A DNA stretch of 64,000 nt from an uncultured bacterium (lineage in GTDB: Bacteria; Verrucomicrobiota; Kiritimatiellia; RFP12; UBA1067): NCBI GenBank assembly GCA_902780865.1, contig CACZHC010000042.1, positions 279 through 64,278 on the forward strand. Reading direction: 5' to 3'. The position numbers and the translations under genes are program-made. Below are positions 1 to 9,248 of the stretch, one piece after another. The notes under the pieces are model-generated. The model was not told where the DNA came from and did not search any database. It saw nothing but the letters and a program-made list of their open reading frames with translations. Within the stretch, counting starts at the first letter, position 1. Each line of letters starts with the position of its first letter.

Positions 1-829
1 GCGGTGCGAAAGCTTGACGCGGACGATTCGTCCGTCGTAGTCTCTGAGTAGAAGATTGCGTTTTTGCCATACGGCGATGATCTCGCCGCTTATCTTCCGC
101 TTGCCGAGCGAGCGGACGTTCTCGGGCGTCTGGTAGATCTTGCGTTCGAGGAAGGGAATGCTCTGCGGCGGGGGCGGCGGGGAGAGAACCTTGATGTCTT
201 CGATCTGCGACACGATCAAGGGCCTTGCGTAGCGGCGTACGGACGGAAGCGCCCAGTTGAACGTGCCGACCACAGACACCTGGGACTCCAGAAGCTGGTT
301 GACGGCGTCCGGGGCTACTGAAGGGAGGAGAACCGGCATTGTCGTCGGACCGTCTTTGAGGGTAAGGCAGATGAAGTTGGGGTCGTCTTCGCTTGTGCGC
401 CAGTCGATGACGGTTCCAGTAGTCCGTATGAGGAACTGGCTTGACTACGGCGCCGCTCCCGAGAAGCTGAATTTCATGTGCGACTGCGTAGGGCTCGTTG
501 CCGTAGTCGTGTTTCTGGAGGCCGAAGATGCCGGAGATAAAAACGCGGTCTCCCTGCTGCAGCGCGACTGGTGATGGCGCTCTGTTGAACACAGATACGA
601 GCAGTTCGCCGTCGTCGACGACGAAACACGCGATGGTGGACGGATCGCTTTCGGCCTTTTGGATTGTATGGACGGTGCCGGTCAACGCGAAGTAGTTGTG
701 GATTGCCGGCGCAGTGTTGTCCAGGACGTTCATCATCGACCTGATGTCCGTGTTGGTTACGGCACCTGAGAGATCGGCAAACGCGATTGACGTGGCTGCA
801 CATAAAAGCATCCGTGACCATTTCTTCAT
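1..829 (-). pseudogene. secreted hypothetical protein, 3' end outside window, reading frame changes near 410-445
   Basis: Complement ATG at 829 gives MKKWSRMLLCAATSIAFA (signal-peptide-like). This frame stays protein-like to ~420 (..AVAHEIQLLGSGAVVKPVPHTDYW), then turns Arg-rich. The frame one base further is open from 444 to base 1 and reads ..GTVIDWRTSEDDPNFICLTLKDG..FNWALPSVRRYARPLIVSQIEDIKVL..GEIIAVWQKRNLLLRDYDGRIVRVKLSHR. Not in the ORF track because no stop lies in the window; hand translated. Confidence 0.5.
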
Positions 830-836
830 GGCGAGA

Positions 837-845
837 ATTATATCA
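837..845 (-). promoter_or_regulatory. extended -10 box TGATATAAT, 7 nt before the ATG at 829 (leaderless)
   Basis: Complement of attatatca; the 7-nt gap leaves no room for a Shine-Dalgarno. Confidence 0.5.
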
Positions 846-876
846 TATATTGATGAATCGAGCCCGCAAATCCCCA

Positions 877-892
877 CCCTCCAGTTGGAGGG
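877..892. promoter_or_regulatory. 16-bp palindrome CCCTCCAGTTGGAGGG, candidate operator/activator site
   Basis: Identical 16-mer at 6711-6726 and 7688-7703. Each is centred 32-34 nt upstream of the TATAAT of a TGTATAAT box. Confidence 0.55.
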
Positions 893-915
893 GTTTCCAA
901 AAGCGAGTGGTCGGG

Positions 916-923
916 TGTATAAT
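916..923 (+). promoter_or_regulatory. -10 box TGTATAAT for the giant esterase gene
   Basis: Same box and same spacing to the palindrome as at 6749 and 7727. SD aaaggaaag lies before the ATG at 966. Confidence 0.45.
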
Positions 924-965
924 CGTGGTGACGCTGGACATATAACAATCTGCAAAAAGGAAAGC

Positions 966-3900
966 ATGAAAATCAAGACAATGTTGGCGATGGCGCTCGG
1001 CGCTCTGGCAGCGGGCTTTGCGGCGGCGGGAGATCTCGCGGTCTCCGCATACTGGCAGGACCACATGGTCCTCCAGCGAGGGAAGAACATCACCGTCTGG
1101 GGCAAGGACGCCCCGGGCCGCACCGTGACCGTGTCGTTCACCAACCAGACGGCTACCGCCACGACGGGCTCCGACGGATTCTGGGAGACGACGTTCGCGC
1201 AGCCGTTCGCGCTCTCGGCCACGCCGCAGGCGCTGACGATCACCGACAGCGCGAGCGAGTCCATAACGCTTTCGGACGTCCTCGTCGGCGACGTGTACCT
1301 CGCTGCCGGGCAGAGCAACATGGACCGCCGCCTGAAGGACAAGGACAAGGCCTTTGACGAGCCTCAGTCGACGACGACGGCATCCGCTTCCTCCGCATTG
1401 CGCGCAGCGCAGAGGACGCGACGGAGGAGAAGCTCTTCGACTTGCCCCCCATCAAGCCCGTCAACGACACGATCAAGTACTACGGCGAAGGATTCGACTG
1501 GGCTCCGGCGACGATGGGCGGGGCGGCAAGCAACAAGTACCACGTCAGCAGCGTCGCGCTCAACTTCGCCCACTACATCCGCAGGGCGAACGAGGAGAAG
1601 GGGCAGAACATCCCGATCGGCATCATCCATGCCTCGTCCGGCGGAACGTTCATCCGCGAGTGGATCGCCCCGTCGGTCCTCAACGATAACGGCATCTATT
1701 CCCCAGGCTCTGCGTCTTCCTCGGACGGCTGGTTCTGGAACAACATGATGGCCCCGATCCTCCGCGCGAAGATATGCGCCGTTCTTTGGTACCAGGGCTG
1801 CTCTGATTCCAGGCCGGATTGTGTGCCAGTATACAAGACGATGATGGATATCCTCGTGAGGGATCGCCGTGAGCGCTGGGGGGAGAACGGCGATTTGCCG
1901 TTCTATGCCGTGCAGATCGGCGCGCCCAACTACAATTCGGCCTCCGGCACGATTGGCCTTGATCAGTATCCGGCGCCGACCGAGGTCATAGCCGGAGAGA
2001 ACTACGCCACCATCCGCGAATGCCAGCGGCTCTGGAACATGACCGACACGGGCAGGCACGGCCTCGTCACCATCGTCGACTGCGTCGACTGCCTGAGCAA
2101 CGGGGCCCTTCATCCGGCCGACAAGAACTTCGTCGGGCGTCGCCTCTCTCTCCTCGCGCGCAGGGACATCTACGGCGAGACGGACCTTCCGGCGGAAGGG
2201 CCGACCTACACCCGTGCCGTGAGGGAGTTCGACGGGTCCGTCCGGATCTTCTTCAAGCCGGGCACGGCTAAGGGACTTACGGCGGGCCGCATGAAGCCGG
2301 CTACGGACATCACGGTGAGCCGTTGGATCAAGAAGGACACCGACCCGATCCGCGGCTTTGCGGTCTGCGGCGGCGACAGCGTCTGGAAGGACGCGGTCGC
2401 GACAGTCGACGGCGAAACAATCGTCCTGCGCGCGGACGGCGTCGCAACCCCGACGAAGTTCCACTACGGCTACTGGTGCGTTACCCGCGAGACCCTGCAG
2501 GAGGACGGCCAGCGCCTGAACCTCTACAACGACGCCGGGCTCCCGATGTCGCCCGTCGCGCCGCAGATGGTCGAGGACGCGGCAGCGTCGACGAAAGTAG
2601 TGGAACCCGTGATTGTGCCTGGCTCTTGCTTCTTCTCGCCGTCGACCAACGTGACGATCACCTGCGCGACTTCCGGCGCGACGATCCGCTACACGCTCGA
2701 CGGCAGCGAGCCGACCGCGTCGAGCACGGCCTACTCGGCGCCGATCCCGCTCACCGCGACGACGACGGTCAAGGCCCGCGCCTTCGCCGCGAACAAGGAT
2801 CCGAGCGACGTCGTCTTCGCGACATACACGCTTGGCGAGCCTCCGGCGGTGACGGCCGATCCTCAGTGGACCGTATCCTCCTACGACCCGTCCTTGTGGT
2901 CGAAGCTCTCTGGCAACATTCTCGCGGGGAAGACCGGCACGATTTCGGGCAGCGTCGCCTTCACGAGCAGCGGATACAACAACAATCCGGACAACCTGAC
3001 CGACGGTTCAGTGCCGTCCACGCCGGACAACTCCGCCTACGTCGGCTTCCAGGAGAACTCGTCCATCTACTGGACGTTCGACGAACCGCAGACGATCGAG
3101 GCGATCCGCTTCACGACGCAGCGGACCGCCGGTACTGACAGTGATGTGTCGAGGGCCTACGGCGGGCTCCACATCGAGGACGTCTACGTCCGGACGAGCG
3201 GCTCGTCGGAATGGGAGCCGCTGGGCACGCCGATCTACCAGAAGGGCGGGACGGTCGGCGGTTTCATGCTGGCTACCCTCGCGGATGACGGCGTCGGGAT
3301 TCTGGCCCAGAACGTCGTCGCCCTGAAGGTCGTATTCCTCCGGAGCGAATACTTCTGGTTCAACGTCGCGGAAGTTGAGGCGACCGGCTACGATTCGTCG
3401 GGCGGAACCGTCGGACCGGTCGATCCGATAACGCCTGTCGCGGGTTCGCTTGTCGTCGATACGACGATTTCCGACCACTGCGTCCTGCAGCGTGGAACGA
3501 ACAACTGCGTGAAGGGCACTGCGACCGTCGGCTCTACAGTCACGGTGACCTTCGGCGGAGTCTCGGCGTCGGCCGTCGCGGGGTCCGACGGAAGCTTCTC
3601 CGTCTCCATCAATCCCGGCGCCGCGAACGCCACGGGACGCGACCTCGTCGTCTCCGACACCGTCAACACGGTCACGATCACCGACGTCGTCGTGGGTGAC
3701 GTGTGGTACATTTCGGGACAGTCCAACGTCCGCTACACCGTCGATGCACTGGCGAAGTCCAAGGCTCTCGCGGACTGCGACTATCCGAGCCTCCGCATGA
3801 TGATGCTTCCGTCCGCGAACCCGGGACTCATCTCGGCGTCCGATGCGGAACTTCCCTGCGCATGGTCCGTCTGCTCGGCGACGACATGCACTAACATGTC

Positions 3901-6619
3901 CGCCACCGGATTCTTCTTCGGACGTGAATTGGTCAAGGCCGAGAACGTCCCCGTCGGCGTCGTGGTGGCGGCGATCAACGGATCCTACATCGCGAACTGG
4001 CTGCCGAACGCCAGCTGCGACAATTACATGGCCTCGCGCGCGAACCACATCGCGTTGAAGGGCGCGGTCTGGTATCAGGGCGAGTCCGATGCCTTGAACT
4101 ACAGCGACCGTAGCTATCCGAACAGGCTCAAGTCCCTCGTCCGGCACTTGCGCACGCGCCCCGGCAACGAAGGCCTGCCGGTCGTGGTGGTGCAGCTCCC
4201 GCGCTACCGCGACACATACATCAACTGCGGCAACCAGGCCGCGATCAACTGCTGGGGAATCTTCCGCGTCGACCAGGACCTCGCCGCCGCCGACATGGAC
4301 GGCGTCGTCTGCGTGCCGACGATCGAGTACGGCGCGGAATACAACATCCATCCGTCCGACAAGGACCTAATGGGCGCGCGCATAGCGCTCGCGGCCCGCA
4401 ACCTCGCGTACGGCGAGAACGTCGCCTACCGCTGCCCCTATCCGACTAGCGTGGAGAAGAACGAGGCCGGCACGACGGTCACGGTGACGTTCCCAGAAAC
4501 GACGACGCTCGTGGCCACCAACGATACGGCTTCCGTCCTCTTCGGAGAGGACCGGGAGATGTTCTCCGTCAGCGGAGCGAACGTAATGCCGGCAATCTCC
4601 GCCGACGGACATTCCCTCGTCTTCACCGGATCCTTCGCGGACGCCACGAGCGTCGAGTACGGCATCTGCGGATATCCGAAGATCCTCTTCGTGGACGCCA
4701 ACGGATTCCCCATGCCGCCGTTCAGCCTGGAACTCACCGGTGGTGGCAGTGGCGGCGAGCCAGTCGAAACGGCCGCGACACCGACCTTCAGCCCCGCCGC
4801 CTGCAGCTTCTATCCCACGACCAACGTGGCGCTCTCCTGCGCGACGTCCGGCGCGACGATCCGCTACACGCTCGACGGCAGCGATCCAACCGCAGAGAGC
4901 GCTATCTACACTGCTCCGATCGCTCTTTCCACCACGACGACGGTGAAGGCTCGCGCCTTTGCGGGCGGGATGAACGCGAGCGCCGTCGCATCCGCGACAT
5001 ATACACTGACAGAGCCCGTCGATCCGCCGGATCCGCCTCCGTCTGGCGACAAGATGTTCTACGTCGACGGGACGGGGTACGACAGCTGGGCGGCTGCGAT
5101 GAATGCGGCATCTGCCGGCGGCACTGTTTATCTCGGCGCGGATGCGGAAATTTCCGGCACCCAGCTGAAGTCGCTCACGATCGATCTCTGCGGGCATACG
5201 CTGACGGCGAGCAGCTCGGCTAGTCCTTATATCGGCGGCGTCGCCATTACCGTGATCGACAGCTCCGGCAATGGTATGTTCACGGCGCCCAATGGAATGA
5301 ATCTCCAGGGAACCATCGATCTCTCGGCTTTAACCCACGATCAGTTCTCCATTGCCGGCAACCGGTTTTGGACTGGCTCAGGCACTGTCGCGAAATTCCC
5401 CGCAGGCTGGACTCTTGACGAGTGCAAGGCCACGTTCAGGAATTCGGTCGCAGGTGCGAAGATCGTCGTGCAGGGCGTCACATACACTTGGGATGGATCG
5501 AACTGGGTGTCTGATGACCCTGGCCATGCCATTACGATCACGGCGCCTCAGAACGGCACGCTCGAGACGTCTGTGACGAACAATGTTGCGGCGGGAACGA
5601 CTGTGACTGTAACCGCGACCCCGGCGTCGGGATATCAGCTCGTATCGGTGACTACGAATGGCGCGGCGCTTGCGGGCAATTCGTTCACGATGCCCTCCGC
5701 GAATGTGACGGTTGCGGCGACGTTCGAAGAAGTGGAACTTCCGCCGGATCCGCCTCCGTCGGGCGACCATGCGTTCTACATAGGCGAGACGGGCTACGAC
5801 AGCTGGATGGACGTCTATGCCGCGGCGAAGGCCGGCGATACGATTGTCGTTGGTGTAAACGCCGAGATCAGACAGTCGTCCGGGACGTTCAGCAAGTCCG
5901 TCACGATCGATCTCCACGGACATGAGCTGAACTTCATACAGGGATGGCTGACAGGCTGCAGCGTCGACGTTGTCGACACGGGCGCACCGGCCGGACAGTT
6001 TGTGGTTTCGGCCTACTCGATGAATGTCGGCGGCGGCACTCTCGACCTTTCCTCCCTGGCCAGCGGCCAGGTGACCGGAAGGTTCCAGATGTCCGCTACA
6101 ACGCTTCTGTCGTTTCCCAGCGACCGCCCGCTTGCGGACTGCACGTCCGCCATCAATATTAAGGCGGAAGGCTCGCGTATCGTGGTTCAAGGCGTTACAT
6201 ACACCTGGGATGGAACGAACTGGGTGCCCGAGGGCAAAAGCTATCCGGAGTGGATCGATTCGACGAGCCAGACGCTTACGGACAAGTACGACGCGTGGGC
6301 GGCGAAGTTCAACGTCGCCGATCCGACGGCGGCCCAGAAGGACGCGTATCTCCTGAACTGCGCGAACACGGCGGAGGCCGTCGCCGCGGCGAAGGCTTCG
6401 TTCACGGTTACCTCCATTGCGGTCAATGCGGACGGCACGGTGGATGTCGGGCTTCCGGCCGCCCCGGAAGGCGGATTCAACGGAACGGTCACGATCCTCG
6501 GCTGCGAGACGGTTGATGGCGAATATCACGCCATGACGACGGGCAATCTCCTTGATGCCTTGTACCGCATCCCCGCGACATCGAACGTCCATTTCTTCAA
6601 GGCGTCGCTGGATATGTGA
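966..6619 (+). pseudogene. giant secreted multidomain carbohydrate esterase (2x SASA/sialate-O-acetylesterase-like), interrupted by a frameshift at 1358-1385
   Basis: SD plus ATG at 966, signal peptide MKIKTMLAMALGALAAGFAAAG. GQSNM at 1308 and GQSNV at 3716 (SGNH/SASA-type esterase motif). Two near-duplicate SGATIRYTLDGS(E/D)PT..TTTVKARAFA domains (~2620-2830, ~4785-5010). Discoidin-like domain ending AEVEATG (~2860-3390). PASGYQLVSV..VTVAATF B-repeat (~5525-5735). Two copies of an unassigned ~160-aa module (5024-5510, 5741-6226). The start is in the frame of ORF 696..1748 and the remainder in the frame of ORF 1442..6619. Confidence 0.75.
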
Positions 6620-6665
6620 GGCAACCACGAAACACACGAAGCACACGAATAGCTAAGATAACGAT

Positions 6666-6702
6666 TTGGACGGTTGCGCGGCAGAGCCGCGCAACCGTCC
6701 AA
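6666..6702 (+). terminator. intrinsic terminator hairpin (16-bp perfect stem, 5-nt loop)
   Basis: ttggacggttgcgcgg cagag ccgcgcaaccgtccaa, 47 nt after the stop at 6619. Paralogous hairpin at 7643-7679. Confidence 0.7.
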
Positions 6703-6710
6703 CTATTTCA

Positions 6711-6726
6711 CCCTCCAGTTGGAGGG
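6711..6726. promoter_or_regulatory. palindrome CCCTCCAGTTGGAGGG (copy 2)
   Basis: Identical to 877-892 and 7688-7703. Confidence 0.55.
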
Positions 6727-6748
6727 GTTTTCAACGGCGGGGGGCTGA

Positions 6749-6756
6749 TGTATAAT
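6749..6756 (+). promoter_or_regulatory. -10 box TGTATAAT
   Basis: Conserved position relative to the palindrome. Followed by SD aaggag and the ATG at 6820. Confidence 0.45.
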
Positions 6757-6819
6757 TTTGGCAAATAATTTACAGCCCAAAAAGCGATTATTTCAAGCAC
6801 TAAAAAAGGAGTGATTAAA

Positions 6820-7605
6820 ATGAGTAAAAAAATCGTACGTTCCTTGTTGGTCGCAATCGCGAGCGTCTTGGCCCTAGGCCTTCGCGCAGACCCGGAACCG
6901 ATGTTCTATGTCGGCGATACGGGTTACGACACCTGGATGGGCGCATACACCAACGTTGATGCCGGCGGCACGATCTTGGTCGGTGAGAATGCCGCTCTTG
7001 AGCAGACGAATGGGGAAAATGTGGGGGTTATCGGCAAGTCCGTCACGATAGATCTTAACGGACGCAATCTGCGCTACGTCAAAGGATGGCTGACTGGCTG
7101 CACCGTCAAAATTGTCGATACTGGCATGCCGAGCGTGACTGGTCGGTTCGAAATAGCGTCTGGCAGAATGAACATGTCCGGCGGCACGTTGGACCTTTCG
7201 GCTCTTTCCGGCAGTCAAGTCAATGGGAACTTCCAGATGTCCTCCACGTCGCTCTTGAAGTTTCCCAGCGACATGGACCTCGACCAGTGCACAACTCGCA
7301 TCGTGATCGATTCGGTAGACCAGCAGACGCCCAAGGGGAAGGGTGCGCGCATCGTGGTGAAAGGCGTCACGTACGTCTTTGACGGAACGAGCTGGGGCGT
7401 AGCGTTCAAGATCACGAGCATCTCCGTGTTTGACGAGGTGGTCGAGTTCGGTGTGATGGTCCCGGCAGACGGCGAGGTTACGATCCTCGGCAGTGAGTTT
7501 GTCAGCGGCACGTATAACGCGCTGACGACAACTAAGATCAGCGATGGTCTGTATCAAGTTCCGGTGTCGAACGCGCGGTTCTTCAAGGCGGCGATGGAGT
7601 TGTGA
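6820..7605 (+). CDS. secreted protein: one copy of the unassigned R module plus shared C-terminal domain
   Basis: AGGAG 8 nt before the ATG at 6820 (ORF track starts at GTG 6811). Signal peptide MSKKIVRSLLVAIASVLALG. Residues align along their length with residues encoded at 5741-6616 of the giant gene (FY.G.TGYD.WM, KSVTIDL.G, GWLTGC, GGGTLDLS, IVV.GVTY..DGT.W, FFKA). Confidence 0.8.
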   Translation: MSKKIVRSLLVAIASVLALGLRADPEPMFYVGDTGYDTWMGAYTNVDAGGTILVGENAALEQTNGENVGVIGKSVTIDLNGRNLRYVKGWLTGCTVKIVDTGMPSVTGRFEIASGRMNMSGGTLDLSALSGSQVNGNFQMSSTSLLKFPSDMDLDQCTTRIVIDSVDQQTPKGKGARIVVKGVTYVFDGTSWGVAFKITSISVFDEVVEFGVMVPADGEVTILGSEFVSGTYNALTTTKISDGLYQVPVSNARFFKAAMEL

Positions 7606-7642
7606 GGTAACCACGAAATACACGAAAAGCTAAGATAACAAG

Positions 7643-7679
7643 TTGGACGGTTGCGTAGCAGGGTTGCGCAACCGTCCAA
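7643..7679 (+). terminator. intrinsic terminator hairpin (13-bp stem)
   Basis: ttggacggttgcg..cgcaaccgtccaa; paralogue of 6666-6702. Confidence 0.65.
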
Positions 7680-7687
7680 ATCGTATA

Positions 7688-7703
7688 CCCTCCAGTTGGA
7701 GGG
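7688..7703. promoter_or_regulatory. palindrome CCCTCCAGTTGGAGGG (copy 3)
   Basis: Identical 16-mer. Confidence 0.55.
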
Positions 7704-7726
7704 GTTTTCAGTGGTGGGGGTGTGGA

Positions 7727-7734
7727 TGTATAAT
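7727..7734 (+). promoter_or_regulatory. -10 box TGTATAAT
   Basis: Same spacing to the palindrome. SD aaaggag before the ATG at 7794. Confidence 0.45.
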
Positions 7735-7793
7735 CTAAGCGAACAAACAACACGAACTCTACACTGTCATGCCTAGATAAAGGAGTGATAAAA

Positions 7794-9233
7794 ATGAGCA
7801 AGACGATTGTGACTTCCCTGCTGCCCGCCCTCGCGGTCGCCATTACTCTGAACCTCCATGCCGCACCGGCGTGGACAATAGAAGACGTCGCGCCTGGAGA
7901 CTGGACGTCGCTTGCGGGCAATCTGCTCGCCGGACTCACCGGCACGAAAACAGGGACGATATCAACTGGATACGGGACGACTGACATGGGGGTCCTGACG
8001 GACGGCGTGGCCCCTACGGTGAACGGCAACGAATCCAGGGTTGCCTTCCAAAACACTGGCGCGGTCGAATGGTCGTTCACGACGCCGAAGACGCTGGAGC
8101 AGGTTCGCGTGTCGGGTTGCTACCTGGGCGGTTCGACATACACACGCATCTCGATCAGCGCCGTCTACGTGAAACTCTCCGGCTCGGATACATGGACGGA
8201 GCTTGATGGCTCCAGCTTCCTGGACAACAGCGGCAGAAGCCAGAACGTCGTGATTTGCGCGTCTCTTGCCGATCCTGCCACCGGGTATCTCGCCCAGGGC
8301 GTCGCCGGTTTGAAGGTCGCCTTCGGGGCTAACGTCCCGCTCGCCAGTTACATCGTCGAAATAGAGGCCGTCGGTTCCACGGAGGCGACAGGGCCCGTCC
8401 TCGGGTTTTTCGCCGTCGCCCCCGCGAAGACCAAGGCAACCGTCTCCGGCACAATCGCAGATGTCGGTACGGACGCGACCACCTGCGATGTCTATCTCGC
8501 GCTCGACGGCGGTGCGGCGACGAAAATCGCCGAAGACGTGACGGGTGTGTTCGAGTACTTGGTCCAGGGCCTGACTGCGGGAACGACTTATGCCTACGAA
8601 CTCTCGGTCTCCAACAATGCCCCGACATCCAGGGGAACGGTGCAAAGCGGCGACTTCACGACGCTGGCCTCTGATGCGTCGACCGCGTTCTGGACGACGA
8701 GCGAGGGTGTTCCGGGCGACTTTTCGCCGCTTGCGGACAATCTGATTGCGAACAAGACAGGCACTGTGTCTGGGGGGAGCGTCTCGGGATACGGCGGCGG
8801 CGTAGAACTGCTGACGAACGGCGAGGTTTCGGGCGTGACGAAACAGACATGTGGATTAGGTGAAAATCGGGCGATGGAATGGTCTTTTGACGGGCCGAAG
8901 ACGCTGGAGAGAATCAGATTTACGACGTGTGACATTCCCGATGGTCGCCAGTACGACGACATCAAAATCTCCAAGGTCGAGGTGAAGACAGCTGGATCCG
9001 ACTCCTGGGCGGACCTTGGTGTCGTGCCGCTGGACTATGCCGGGAGCAATGCGCAGGGCGGCGCACTCTTCGCGACGCTTGCGGACGCGGAAACCGGATT
9101 CCTTGGTCAAAACGTGACGGCTATCCGCATCACATTCGGCAAACCCAATAATGTTGCGCAGTACTATGCAGAGATCGAAGCCGTTGGGCACGCGGCAGAT
9201 CAGAAAAATGGCGTGATAATTTATGTCTTATAA
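7794..9233 (+). CDS. secreted protein with two discoidin/galactose-binding-like domains
   Basis: Signal peptide MSKTIVTSLLPALAVAITLNLHA. Two internal repeats (..LAGNL.AG.TGT.S...LTDG...WSF..PKTLE.(V/I)R......EIEAVG) resemble the domain at ~2860-3390 of the giant gene. Confidence 0.75.
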   Translation: MSKTIVTSLLPALAVAITLNLHAAPAWTIEDVAPGDWTSLAGNLLAGLTGTKTGTISTGYGTTDMGVLTDGVAPTVNGNESRVAFQNTGAVEWSFTTPKTLEQVRVSGCYLGGSTYTRISISAVYVKLSGSDTWTELDGSSFLDNSGRSQNVVICASLADPATGYLAQGVAGLKVAFGANVPLASYIVEIEAVGSTEATGPVLGFFAVAPAKTKATVSGTIADVGTDATTCDVYLALDGGAATKIAEDVTGVFEYLVQGLTAGTTYAYELSVSNNAPTSRGTVQSGDFTTLASDASTAFWTTSEGVPGDFSPLADNLIANKTGTVSGGSVSGYGGGVELLTNGEVSGVTKQTCGLGENRAMEWSFDGPKTLERIRFTTCDIPDGRQYDDIKISKVEVKTAGSDSWADLGVVPLDYAGSNAQGGALFATLADAETGFLGQNVTAIRITFGKPNNVAQYYAEIEAVGHAADQKNGVIIYVL

Positions 9234-9248
9234 GGACTCCGCTGGCAA

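Noticed and set aside
1364-6646. Long minus-strand ORFs antisense to the giant gene (1364..2464, 3008..4351, 4367..5197, 5378..6646)
   Set aside because: Arg/Gly/Asp-rich shadow frames typical of high-GC DNA. They have no motifs and no start context, and lie opposite a strongly supported multidomain gene.
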